Part shown: positions 10,268-19,676 of the stretch, piece by piece
Numbering within the stretch: position 1 is the first letter of the stretch
How the letters are laid out: each line of letters opens with the position of its first letter
NCBI GenBank assembly: GCA_021163265.1
Contig: JAGGXC010000015.1
Location: 1 to 48,212 of the forward strand
Length of the DNA stretch: 48,212 bases
Reading direction: 5' to 3'
From: a bacterium
Lineage (GTDB): Bacteria > Patescibacteriota > Minisyncoccia > Minisyncoccales > JAGGXC01
Notes under the pieces: generated by a model
Seen by the model: only the letters and a program-made list of their open reading frames with translations
Database searches by the model: none
What the model was told of the DNA's origin: nothing
Program-made: the position numbers and the translations under genes

Positions 10268-11047
10268 ATGAATAAATTAAATAATATCAAAAATATGTTT
10301 TTCAAAAAGAAGACAGGCAAAAAAGGAGTGTCAATATATCTTGCCTTGATTATTTTGGTAATTTTTATGGCAATAAGTTTTGGTTTAGGAACAGTATTGT
10401 TAAGCCAGATAAAAAGAAGTCATCAAGCGGGCTATGCAGATAGAGCCTGGAGCGCTGCAAACACAGGCATTGAAGCCATTCTTTATTTAGAAGATAGATG
10501 TCATGATGGTTCTTTTTGTAGTACTCACGGCACCATTTGTAATCCTTCTTGTACAGGACTTACGAATGGCTATTCAACTTCTAGTTCTTTGACCGATGGA
10601 TCGAGGTATATTGCCGACATTACAAAAAACTGCGGTTATTTTGTTGTGTATTCTACTGGCACTTATCAAGGAAAATATTCTCAGGCTATATATCAAGGAG
10701 GACAGCCAGTAGGTGTTATTTTAAACGAGGCTTCAGGAAAAACTTGTAGTGAAATTTGTCAAGAATACGATTGTGATTGCGAAGGGATTAGTACTTTAGA
10801 GACAACTATTAATTGGCAGTATGCTACTGGAGGAACACCATTTTGTGGTGTTCCTCATTGTTTTCCTGGGGTAGGTTGTCCTCTTTGCCAGTATAATAAT
10901 GGTACCTGCGACACTGTAATGACAGCTCTTATTGGACCTTGCGGGCCTGGTATCTGGCGAGAAAAGCGTTGTTGTAAAATTTGTGATAATAGTGATGGAG
11001 TTGCTACTGCGTGGAGTTATTGTTTCTGTACAAGTTCTTCTCCTTAA
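10268..11047 (+). CDS. Minor pilin (PilX/GspK-like) with Cys-rich C-terminus
   Basis: KKG|VSIYLAL lacking Glu5, AWSAANTGIEAIL helix, STG motif; 20 Cys; start may be the second Met. Confidence 0.8.
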   Translation: MNKLNNIKNMFFKKKTGKKGVSIYLALIILVIFMAISFGLGTVLLSQIKRSHQAGYADRAWSAANTGIEAILYLEDRCHDGSFCSTHGTICNPSCTGLTNGYSTSSSLTDGSRYIADITKNCGYFVVYSTGTYQGKYSQAIYQGGQPVGVILNEASGKTCSEICQEYDCDCEGISTLETTINWQYATGGTPFCGVPHCFPGVGCPLCQYNNGTCDTVMTALIGPCGPGIWREKRCCKICDNSDGVATAWSYCFCTSSSP

Positions 11048-11089
11048 TGAAAAATTTATTTGCCCTTTTTCTAAAAGAGCAAGTTAACT

Positions 11090-13126
11090 ATGACCCGCCA
11101 GGAGGCGAAAAAAAGAATAGAAAAATTAAAAAAGGTGATTAATTATCACCGTTATTTATACCATGTCTTGGATAGAGAAGAGATTTCTCCTGAGGCATTG
11201 GATTCACTGAAGCACGAGCTTTATCTTTTGGAACAGCAATACCCTGATTTAATTACTCCGGATTCTCCAACTCAGCGGATTGGGGGGAAACCTTTAGAGA
11301 AGTTTGAGAAAGTTTATCATTCTGTTCCTATGCTTTCAATCGAGGATGTCTTTTCCGAAGAAGAACTTCGTCACTGGGAAGATTACTTAAAGAAATTGGT
11401 TCCTTCTGAAAAAATTGATTTTTTCTGCGAACTTAAAATTGATGGCTTTGCTATAACATTGATTTATAAAAATGGCATCTTGTTTAAAGGTGCTACTCGA
11501 GGTGATGGAAAAATAGGAGAAGATGTTACCCAAAACTTAAAAACCATTGAAAGTATTCCTCTTTCGCTCTTTTTACACCATCCTTTACCTTCGGATATGA
11601 AGCAAATTGAGGAAAGGTTAAAAAAGCTAATCAAGAAAGGAGAGATTGAAATAAGAGGAGAGGTGTATATGACCAAAAAAGATTTTGAAAACTTTAATAA
11701 AGAAAGAAAGAAAAAAGGAGAGCCTACTTTTTCAAACCCTCGCAATTTAGCAGCAGGTTCTATTAGGCAACTTGATCCGAAACTTGCTGCCTCACGTCCT
11801 CTGAAATTCTTAGCTTATGATTTAGTGACTGATGTTGGCCAAATTACCCATTCTCAAGAGCACAAAATTCTTCCAGCTTTGGGTTTTAGAACTGATCCAG
11901 GAAGAGAATGCAAGAATATAGATGAAATTATCGATTTTTGGAGAGAAATAAGCAAAAAGAGAGATACACTTCCGTTTCAAATAGATGGAATAGTAGTTAA
12001 TGTTAATAATAATGCTCTTTTTAAGAAATTAGGAGTGGCAGGCAAGAGTCCTCGCGGCGTAAGGGCTCTAAAGTTTTCTCCTCAACAAGCAACAACGAGA
12101 ATTTTAGATATTAGAGTGCAGATAGGAAGAACAGGAGCAGTTACTCCTATTGCTTATCTTAAACCAGTAAAAGTGGGTGGAGTAACTATTACGCGTGCTA
12201 CTTTACACAATGAGGATCAAATAAGAAAATTAGGGGTTAAAATTGGAGATACAGTAATTGTGGAGAGAGCAGGAGATGTAATACCAGCTGTAGTGAAAGT
12301 TTTTCCGGAATTAAGAGATGGTACAGAGAGGGAATTTAGAATGCCTCGCGCCTGTCCTGTTTGTGGTGCAAAACTAATAAGACCAAAGGATGAAGCAGTA
12401 TGGCGCTGTCCGAATTATAATTGTCCGGCAAGAAAGAGAAGATTTCTTTATCATTTTGTTTCAAAAAAGGCTTTTGATATAGAAGGTCTTGGTCCAAAAA
12501 TTATTGACCAATTAGTTGAAGAGAATTTGATTTCTCAGCCATCAGACATTTTTACTCTTAAAGAAGGCGATTTAATACCTTTAGAAAGATTTGCTGAGAA
12601 ATCAGCTAAAAACATTGTTGAAGCAATTCAAAGAAGCAAAAAAATTCCGCTGTCTCGGTTTATATATAGTCTGGGTATTCGTCACGTAGGAGAGGAAACG
12701 GCAATTGATTTGGCTCAATATTTTGGCAGCATCGACAACTTGAAAAAAGCTACCAAAGAAGAATTAGAAAAGATACCCGATATTGGTCCTGAGGTTGCTG
12801 AGAGTATTTATAATTTCTTTTCATCAAAAAGAAATCTTAAATTAATTGACAATCTTTTAAAGGCAGGGGTAGAAATTATTCCTCCTCCAAAAATTGGAAA
12901 GAAACTTAAAGGTAAAACTTTTGTGTTAACAGGAACTTTAAGTAGTTTTACAAGAGCAGAAGCAGAGAAAAAGATAAGGTTGTTAGGAGGGCATCCTTCG
13001 AGTTCTGTTTCGAAACAAACTGATTTTTTGGTTGTTGGTAAAAATCCAGGTTCAAAACTCAAAAAAGCTAAAGAATTAGGAGTTAAGATTATAGACGAAA
13101 ACGAATTCCTCAAGTTAATAAAATAA
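11090..13126 (+). CDS. ligA: NAD-dependent DNA ligase
   Basis: ELKIDG adenylation motif, TRGDG, EIRGEV, NPRNLAAGS, zinc finger, HhH repeats, BRCT domain. Confidence 0.98.
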   Translation: MTRQEAKKRIEKLKKVINYHRYLYHVLDREEISPEALDSLKHELYLLEQQYPDLITPDSPTQRIGGKPLEKFEKVYHSVPMLSIEDVFSEEELRHWEDYLKKLVPSEKIDFFCELKIDGFAITLIYKNGILFKGATRGDGKIGEDVTQNLKTIESIPLSLFLHHPLPSDMKQIEERLKKLIKKGEIEIRGEVYMTKKDFENFNKERKKKGEPTFSNPRNLAAGSIRQLDPKLAASRPLKFLAYDLVTDVGQITHSQEHKILPALGFRTDPGRECKNIDEIIDFWREISKKRDTLPFQIDGIVVNVNNNALFKKLGVAGKSPRGVRALKFSPQQATTRILDIRVQIGRTGAVTPIAYLKPVKVGGVTITRATLHNEDQIRKLGVKIGDTVIVERAGDVIPAVVKVFPELRDGTEREFRMPRACPVCGAKLIRPKDEAVWRCPNYNCPARKRRFLYHFVSKKAFDIEGLGPKIIDQLVEENLISQPSDIFTLKEGDLIPLERFAEKSAKNIVEAIQRSKKIPLSRFIYSLGIRHVGEETAIDLAQYFGSIDNLKKATKEELEKIPDIGPEVAESIYNFFSSKRNLKLIDNLLKAGVEIIPPPKIGKKLKGKTFVLTGTLSSFTRAEAEKKIRLLGGHPSSSVSKQTDFLVVGKNPGSKLKKAKELGVKIIDENEFLKLIK

Positions 13127-13131
13127 TTTTT

Positions 13132-14229
13132 ATGATTTTCTCCAGAGTTGCAAGCCACTTCAAAAAATTTGATTGGGTTCTTTTAGGAGCTATTTTTTTG
13201 TTAGTGATTTTTGGGCTTATCTCGATTTGGAGCAGTTCCTGTGCTAAGGGAGATTTCTTTAATTTTAAAAAGCAGATATTATTTTTGGCAATCGGGATTC
13301 TTTTGATGATTTTTGTAAGTTTTCTTGATATTCTTTCTTTAAAAAACAATCCATATTTGATTCTGTTTTTGTATTTTATATCCATTTTTTTATTAATCGG
13401 CCTTTTTTTTGTCCCTCAAATTAGAGGAGTAAGAGGTTGGTACAAAGTAGGTGCTTTTTCTTTTGATCCTATTGAGGTAGTAAAAATTATTTTAGTGATT
13501 CTTTTGGCAAAATATTTTTCAATGCGGCATATAGAAATGTATAGATTACAGCATATTGTCCTTTCAGGAATTTACGTATTTATTCCTTCTGTATTAATAT
13601 TTTTTCAACCCGATCTTGGGTCTGTTTTAGTTTTGCTTTTTCTCTGGATCGCGATTCTTGTGATTTCTGGAATTAAACTTCGTCAATTTCTTCTTTTGTG
13701 TTTTGTTTTTATAGTATTAGGAGTAATAGGATGGTTTTTTCTTTTGCAAGATTATCAAAGAGCACGAATTTCTGCTTTTTTAAATCCTCGAATTGAACCT
13801 CTTGGAGCAGGTTGGTCTCAAAGACAATCAAAGATTGCTATAGGCTCAGGGGGTTTTTGGGGAAAAGGTATTACAAAAGGTTCTCAAACTCAATATGGGT
13901 TTTTGCCGGAACCACAGACCGATTTTATTTTTGCAAGCATAGCAGAGGAAACAGGAATTGTAGGTATTGGTATTTTATTAACTCTTTATTTAGTTGTTGT
14001 TTTTAGGATAATAAAGATTGCGTCTCTTGCGAGAAATAATTTTTTTCGGCTTTTTGCCTCTGGTTTTGCTGCTGTATTAGTATCTCAGATATTTATTCAT
14101 ATTGGTATGAACTTAGGGATATTGCCTATTATTGGTATTCCTTTGCCTTTTGTTAGTTATGGAGGCTCAGGATTGATAGCTAATTTTGTCAGTTTGGGAA
14201 TAATTCAAAACATTAAATCTCGAGAATAA
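13132..14229 (+). CDS. rodA: SEDS peptidoglycan glycosyltransferase RodA
   Basis: Multi-TM; QPDLGS, SKIAIGSGG, FLPEPQTDFIF, PLPFVSYGGS. Confidence 0.9.
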   Translation: MIFSRVASHFKKFDWVLLGAIFLLVIFGLISIWSSSCAKGDFFNFKKQILFLAIGILLMIFVSFLDILSLKNNPYLILFLYFISIFLLIGLFFVPQIRGVRGWYKVGAFSFDPIEVVKIILVILLAKYFSMRHIEMYRLQHIVLSGIYVFIPSVLIFFQPDLGSVLVLLFLWIAILVISGIKLRQFLLLCFVFIVLGVIGWFFLLQDYQRARISAFLNPRIEPLGAGWSQRQSKIAIGSGGFWGKGITKGSQTQYGFLPEPQTDFIFASIAEETGIVGIGILLTLYLVVVFRIIKIASLARNNFFRLFASGFAAVLVSQIFIHIGMNLGILPIIGIPLPFVSYGGSGLIANFVSLGIIQNIKSRE

Positions 14230-14256
14230 ATTTTAACCTCGAGAATAAATTTTAAC
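14219..14256. repeat. Perfect 19-bp tandem duplication across the rodA stop codon
   Basis: CTCGAGAATAAATTTTAAC at 14219-14237 and 14238-14256. Confidence 0.95.
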
Positions 14257-14276
14257 TGTTGATAACTTTATAGTAT

Positions 14277-14301
14277 ACTCTTTCAATAAAAGAGTTTTTT
14301 T
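14277..14301 (+). terminator. Weak intrinsic terminator after rodA
   Basis: ACTCTTT/AAAGAGT stem then T run; overlaps a possible TTTCAA-17-TATAAT promoter (14281-14309). Confidence 0.45.
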
Positions 14302-14353
14302 ATTATAATTACTTTAATGAAGCAAAAGATATCTTGGATATCCGATATCAGAT

Positions 14354-15187
14354 ATGATCAAGAAAAGCAAAAAGTTATATAAAAAAACAGGTTATATCTC
14401 TCTTAGAGAAGCAGCAAAATATTGTCCTTATTCGCAAGAGTACTTATCGCTAAGGGCTCGACAAGGTAAGCTAAAAGCAGTAAAGATTGGAAGAAATTGG
14501 GTGACAACAAAAGAGTGGGTAGAGGATTATCTTCGAAGGTTTAATAATGTTGGAAAAAAAGAAATTGAACCAGAGAAAATATCTTTATATCAGGGATTGC
14601 CTGAATCTTATTCCTTTGAAGAATCTGAAGAGAAAAAGGTCATAAAACATTTGTTATTTCTCGGGATTACTACAGTAATTCTGTCAATAAGTTTAATCTT
14701 TTTGGCTGCCTTTTCTCGGAATACCTACGACGTCAATAGCTATGCTCTAGAAGGAGATATAAATATAATATCAGAAGAAACATTTTCTTCTCTAACTTTT
14801 AGTGATCTTAAATGCTCTTTGATAAAAAACTTCAAAGATTATAAGGATTGGCTAAAAAAGAAGGTTAGCGATGTGTTTGTCGTTTTAAATCATAAATATA
14901 TTGGTTTGAAAGAAAGGTTTTCAAGTCTATCTCTAAGGAGTTTATTTAAAAAGAGGATTCCTTCAGAAACAGTAAAAATATCTGAAACAGCAGTTCAAGA
15001 AGAGATGGGAGTTGTGATATTTCCTCATTCTTTAGAGGCAAAAGCAAAAGAGCAAATAGCAAACGCTTTCTCTGATAAAGTGAAAATAGAACCGCAAGAC
15101 GAAAATTCAGGTATTATTGTTCCTATCTTTAAAAGCAAAGAAGAGCAGAAATATTTTTATATTATGGTACCAGTTAAAGAACAATGA
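14354..15187 (+). CDS. Membrane protein with an N-terminal excisionase/MerR-like helix-turn-helix
   Basis: YISLREAAKYCPYSQEYLSLRARQGKLKAVKIGRNWVTT (HTH_17-like), one central TM, C-terminal domain of unknown function. Confidence 0.8.
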   Translation: MIKKSKKLYKKTGYISLREAAKYCPYSQEYLSLRARQGKLKAVKIGRNWVTTKEWVEDYLRRFNNVGKKEIEPEKISLYQGLPESYSFEESEEKKVIKHLLFLGITTVILSISLIFLAAFSRNTYDVNSYALEGDINIISEETFSSLTFSDLKCSLIKNFKDYKDWLKKKVSDVFVVLNHKYIGLKERFSSLSLRSLFKKRIPSETVKISETAVQEEMGVVIFPHSLEAKAKEQIANAFSDKVKIEPQDENSGIIVPIFKSKEEQKYFYIMVPVKEQ

Positions 15188-16578
15188 TGTTTATTTTTGA
15201 TAAAAAAAATAATGTTGTTTTTTCTGTAGTTTTTCTTGGGGTGCTTTTTTTGACACTTGGTTTTGGTATTGTGAGAGCCCAGAATTATTCAAATCTAAGA
15301 ATATTTTATCAAGGCACTTTAGCAACTTCTGAAGGAGAGCCGGTAGAAGACGGACGATATAATATGAGATTTTTAATTTACGATGCGCAAGAAGGAGGAA
15401 ATATTATCTGGCAAGAAGAACATTCTTTTTACGATGCTGTATTTGTTAGAGGAGGGAAGTTTCAGGTGATTTTGGGAAGAAAAAATCCAATAAACCTTGA
15501 TTTTGATAAGGGACCTTTTTGGTTAGGCACGATGATAGGAGAAGAAACAGAAACAGGAGATATTGTCTGGAATATAGGAAAAGAACCGCGCAAAGAAATT
15601 GTTTCTCTTTCGCAGGTTCTGGAAGAAGAGTTTTCTTCTCAAAAATTAGAAGATCTTTCTCAGATAATAAAAGATAAAATAGGCAGCCAACCTAATACAG
15701 TAGTGGTGTTTAGTTTAGAGGAGCTTGAAAAAATGAAAGGCAAAAATACTACAACCTCTGGCATTTCTCTGGGAATCTTCCAGAATTTTATAAATTTTAT
15801 AACCGACAAATTATCATTTATTGTTGAAGAACTCTCGAAAATAGGAGAAAAACTCGATGCTATTTTTTCAAAGTTAAGCGAAATTGCCAGTTCAATTGTT
15901 GAGATGGGAAATAAAATAGATATTTTATACAAAGTGCTGATTATAGATAAAGGACTTGTGCCAAAAGAGGAAATTAAACCTTCTTCTCAAGGGTCAGAAA
16001 ATATTATTTATACAAAAAAGAAGGTTGAGAATCTTATCTTGAAAGGAGGAGAAAGATCAGTAAAGATAATCAATAATTCTATTAAATCTGATAGTTTGAT
16101 TTTTGTGAGTTTTCTTGATGATCCTGGCAGTGCTTGGTGGATTTCTGAGAAACAAAACGGGTATTTTATTCTCTCCCTGAAAGATCCTGCGCCTTCAGAT
16201 TTGCAATTCAGTTATTGGATATTAAACAAAAAAGAATCTCAAGAAGAAAAATTGCCAGAGGTCGGAGAAAATAATACTTTAGAAATTCCTGAATTAACTC
16301 CCTCAGAAATTCCAGCCAAAGAAAACACTTCTTCTGCAAGCACTTCTCAAAACGGTACTAGTTCAGAAATTAATACCAATGAGAGAGAGAATATTCAAGA
16401 AAACAATTCGACCTCAGGAGTTAATCAGCAAAACCAACAAGACCAACAAGATCAAGAGAATCAGGAAAATAATTCTTTCCAGTCAGCGACAGAAACTACT
16501 GGTATTCTTGATACCTCTTCTGATACAAGTTCTCAAACTTCTTCTTCTTCTTCTCAAACTTCTTCTTCGCAGAAATGA
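15184..16578 (+). CDS. Secreted fibre-like protein (N-terminal YQG domain, coiled coil, beta domain, low-complexity tail)
   Basis: Signal peptide VRA|Q; YQGTL..GEPVEDGRYNMRFLIYDA..GG..IWQE..GKFQVILG; heptad region; S/T/Q/N tail; ATGA overlap with the upstream gene. Confidence 0.7.
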   Translation: MMFIFDKKNNVVFSVVFLGVLFLTLGFGIVRAQNYSNLRIFYQGTLATSEGEPVEDGRYNMRFLIYDAQEGGNIIWQEEHSFYDAVFVRGGKFQVILGRKNPINLDFDKGPFWLGTMIGEETETGDIVWNIGKEPRKEIVSLSQVLEEEFSSQKLEDLSQIIKDKIGSQPNTVVVFSLEELEKMKGKNTTTSGISLGIFQNFINFITDKLSFIVEELSKIGEKLDAIFSKLSEIASSIVEMGNKIDILYKVLIIDKGLVPKEEIKPSSQGSENIIYTKKKVENLILKGGERSVKIINNSIKSDSLIFVSFLDDPGSAWWISEKQNGYFILSLKDPAPSDLQFSYWILNKKESQEEKLPEVGENNTLEIPELTPSEIPAKENTSSASTSQNGTSSEINTNERENIQENNSTSGVNQQNQQDQQDQENQENNSFQSATETTGILDTSSDTSSQTSSSSSQTSSSQK

Positions 16579-16588
16579 TTTTAATAAA

Positions 16589-19500
16589 ATGAATCCAAAG
16601 AACTCTTTTTTAACTCTTTCTTTCAAAAAGATTGAGACATTATTACTGCTTGTCGTTGCAGGAATCTTTGTTTTTGCAATACAGGCCAACAGCGAGTATA
16701 GGATGATAAGTCCTGATATAGAACTTCAGACTATTTCTTATCCTCAAAAGATCTCTGTCTCTTTGAAAGAAAACAGCAAGGAGACAATTGAAGGAGAGGC
16801 AGAAATTACAGATCCTTATTTAATTCGTTTTTCTGGCAATGAGTTTTTAGAAAGGAATATATCTTTTCAAACAGGCTTCAATGGTTTGGATATATCAATA
16901 GAAACAGATAAACCGCTATTCAAAAAAGAAAATTTTTATCAGAGACAGTCTTTTTCTGAAAAGTTTAGAAAGTTTGTTGGAGGTAAAACACTTCCTCAAT
17001 TTCGATTAATAAAAAGCATTACTTCAAGAGAAGATGGCTTTGGAGAAATTATTCATTTCGCCGGTCTCGATTTTAATATCTCTTATGTGAGAGAAGAAAA
17101 ATTAAAAGAGAAAGATATAAAACAGATTGTTTCTCTAAAAAACAAAACTTCCGAACCCTTGCTTGTTTCTCTTGTTTTTAAAAACAAGATAAAAGCAGAT
17201 AAAGTATATTGGGGAGGTAGACGTCATTTTTTTTCTCCTCTGCCAGAAAAAGTCTCTCCGTTTTCATTGGTTGAATTTTATGGAGATGACAAAACTCATA
17301 CTATTGGCTATGATATTTCAGATATTTCTTCCAGCAAACATCCTCAAATGTGGATTCAAAGAGAGGGTTCAGATAATCTTTTAATACTTTCGGTCGATAT
17401 TTATCTTCCTCCTCAATCGTCAGATCAATTCTCTGGTGTTTACAAACTTACTGCTCTTCCTTTAGCGGCTGACGAAGATTCAGGATTTGTTGTAGAAAGA
17501 GGTGCTACTTGGAACAGTTATTACAATCCAATGACAAAAAAATTTATATATAAAGTAACCACATCTCCTTTAAATTACAGAGATAAAAAAGGAGAGTGGA
17601 AACCTATTAATCTTTCAATCAAAGAATTGGAATCGCCGTATTGTTTTGGCGTTTCTTGTTATAATTACGGGCTGGAAGAAAATTACTTCAAAACATATTT
17701 CAATGCCAAAGGAGAAGTTCTTTCTTTCAACCCCGACGGTTATTGGATGAAAACAACAATTGTGGATCTGGATATATACGATCCTTTAATAAAAGGATTT
17801 TATTCTATATCGAAAGGCACTTTCAATTTTTCTCCTCGTATTTCAAAATCCCATTTTAGTTATCCTGGCATTTATAAATCTTTGGAAGGCAAAAGTCACC
17901 GTCTGAATTACGACATTAATTCTTCTTCTGTTATTGAGGAATACATTATAGAAACAAGAGATTCTCTTCCTTCTTTTGAAGAATTTTCAGAAGAGCAGAT
18001 TAATAATATGTATCTTGGCGTAGTTTCTGCTTTTGAAATAGATGATAGTCTTCAAATAGAATTAGTTTATAAACATAGAAGCAAAGAAATCTGGAATAGA
18101 AACTTGGGTGAGCGTAGAGATATAGAATCTATTAATTTTTATTCGCAAGATGGCAATCTTCAGTTTAGAATCGAAGAAGCCTTTGCTACTGACGAAAATG
18201 GAGAGCGTATACCTGTTTCTTATATGATTGATTACAATAAAGGAAAATATATTATTCGCAAAATGGTTCCTTTATCCTGGCTTCTTGATTCAAAGAGAGC
18301 TTATCCAATAGTTATTGATCCAACAGCAAGTTATTATGCTGGTTCTGGTGATGGATATGTTGCGCATTCAGCTTCTACTTGGAGTGCTGTTCATGATGCT
18401 GGCACAGGTACTCAAGCAAATTCTACAGCTTCAAGTTATAACGATGGTTTATCAGTGGGGTATAACGGAATCAATCGTACTTATAATATAGCTCGTTCTT
18501 TTTTTCCTTTTGATACTTCTGGTCTTCCTGATGATTCTGTAGTGGTTTCCGCTTCTTTATATGTTTATGGAAGATATAGCGAAATTCCGGTTCCTCCCGG
18601 TTCCGACGTTTCTGCTCAAAAAGGTACACAAGGAACTAGTTTAACTACTGATGACTATGATGCTTTTTCTGGATCAACTTATGGAACAACGAGTTGGAGT
18701 AATGACGGTTACAATACAATTAGCTTTAATTCTACTGGTAGATCCGATATTAATAAAACCGGTACTACTTATATTTGTTGTCGTGAGTACTCACATGATT
18801 ATTTAAATGTATCGCCAGGGTCCCATATTTATCACAATGGCGTTTGTTATTCAGAATACACAGGGACTAGTAATGATCCTTATCTATATATAACCTATGA
18901 CAATCCACCTCAGGTAGGTACAATCACTCTCAATGGAGGCAACCCCATTACTTTAATTGAAAATTCAACTACTTCAGTAGTAGCGACCGCTACTGTGTCA
19001 GACGCTGATGGGTATTCAGATATTGGGAAGTATGGCGGTAAGTTATATCGTTCAGGTGTAGGATCAAGCTGTTCTTGGAATGATAATAATTGTTATAAGG
19101 GTTCTTGTTCTTTAAGTTCTTGTGCAGGAACAAGTTGTATTTTGACTTGCAATTTTAAGCTTTGGTTTCATGCTGATCCTACTGATTCCGGAACCTGGGC
19201 ATCTGAGTGGTGGGAAGTAAAATTAGATGTACTGGATAGTTATAATATTGAAGATTCAGGCACTACCTCCCAGGAACTTAATTCTCTGCAGGCATTAAGC
19301 GTTTCGCCATCGAGCTTCGATTATGGCACTCTTAATCCCGGAGAAAATACAGGTACTTTAAACCAGACTACCACTATTACTAATACAGGCAATATTGCCA
19401 TAGATGCTTATATTTACGGTACAGATTTAACAAGCGGTTCAGATAATATTCCTATAAGCTATCAAGAATATTCCACTTCTTCAGGAGTAAGTTATGGGTC

Positions 19501-19672
19501 TGGTGTTGATGCTACTAGTTCTTCAAGTAACCTGGTTGAACTTGATCTTTCCAAACCCACTTCCCATCCTTCTAATTCAACTGATGATGTTTATTGGGGA
19601 TTAGAGATTCCTATACCTCAGCCCGCAGGAAATTATTCAGGAACTATTACTTTTTCGGCTACAAATGATTGA
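16589..19672 (+). CDS. Large secreted multidomain adhesin-like protein (about 1027 aa)
   Basis: ATG 16589 gives a signal peptide and removes the overlap; WLLDSKRAYPIVIDPT motif, DNRLRE-like domain, C-terminal 6-Cys module paralogous to the next gene. Confidence 0.8.
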   Translation: MNPKNSFLTLSFKKIETLLLLVVAGIFVFAIQANSEYRMISPDIELQTISYPQKISVSLKENSKETIEGEAEITDPYLIRFSGNEFLERNISFQTGFNGLDISIETDKPLFKKENFYQRQSFSEKFRKFVGGKTLPQFRLIKSITSREDGFGEIIHFAGLDFNISYVREEKLKEKDIKQIVSLKNKTSEPLLVSLVFKNKIKADKVYWGGRRHFFSPLPEKVSPFSLVEFYGDDKTHTIGYDISDISSSKHPQMWIQREGSDNLLILSVDIYLPPQSSDQFSGVYKLTALPLAADEDSGFVVERGATWNSYYNPMTKKFIYKVTTSPLNYRDKKGEWKPINLSIKELESPYCFGVSCYNYGLEENYFKTYFNAKGEVLSFNPDGYWMKTTIVDLDIYDPLIKGFYSISKGTFNFSPRISKSHFSYPGIYKSLEGKSHRLNYDINSSSVIEEYIIETRDSLPSFEEFSEEQINNMYLGVVSAFEIDDSLQIELVYKHRSKEIWNRNLGERRDIESINFYSQDGNLQFRIEEAFATDENGERIPVSYMIDYNKGKYIIRKMVPLSWLLDSKRAYPIVIDPTASYYAGSGDGYVAHSASTWSAVHDAGTGTQANSTASSYNDGLSVGYNGINRTYNIARSFFPFDTSGLPDDSVVVSASLYVYGRYSEIPVPPGSDVSAQKGTQGTSLTTDDYDAFSGSTYGTTSWSNDGYNTISFNSTGRSDINKTGTTYICCREYSHDYLNVSPGSHIYHNGVCYSEYTGTSNDPYLYITYDNPPQVGTITLNGGNPITLIENSTTSVVATATVSDADGYSDIGKYGGKLYRSGVGSSCSWNDNNCYKGSCSLSSCAGTSCILTCNFKLWFHADPTDSGTWASEWWEVKLDVLDSYNIEDSGTTSQELNSLQALSVSPSSFDYGTLNPGENTGTLNQTTTITNTGNIAIDAYIYGTDLTSGSDNIPISYQEYSTSSGVSYGSGVDATSSSSNLVELDLSKPTSHPSNSTDDVYWGLEIPIPQPAGNYSGTITFSATND

Positions 19673-19676
19673 GGAG

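Noticed and set aside
16529-16570. TCT microsatellite and repeated TTCTCAAACTTCTTCTTC as a phase-variation switch
   Set aside because: Triplet-based and in a disordered Ser-rich tail at the gene end, so slippage would not shift the frame
16379-16588. 70-aa N-terminal extension of the 1097-aa ORF
   Set aside because: It overlaps the low-complexity tail of the upstream gene (the poly-Leu is the TCT repeat read in another frame); ATG 16589 gives a proper signal peptide
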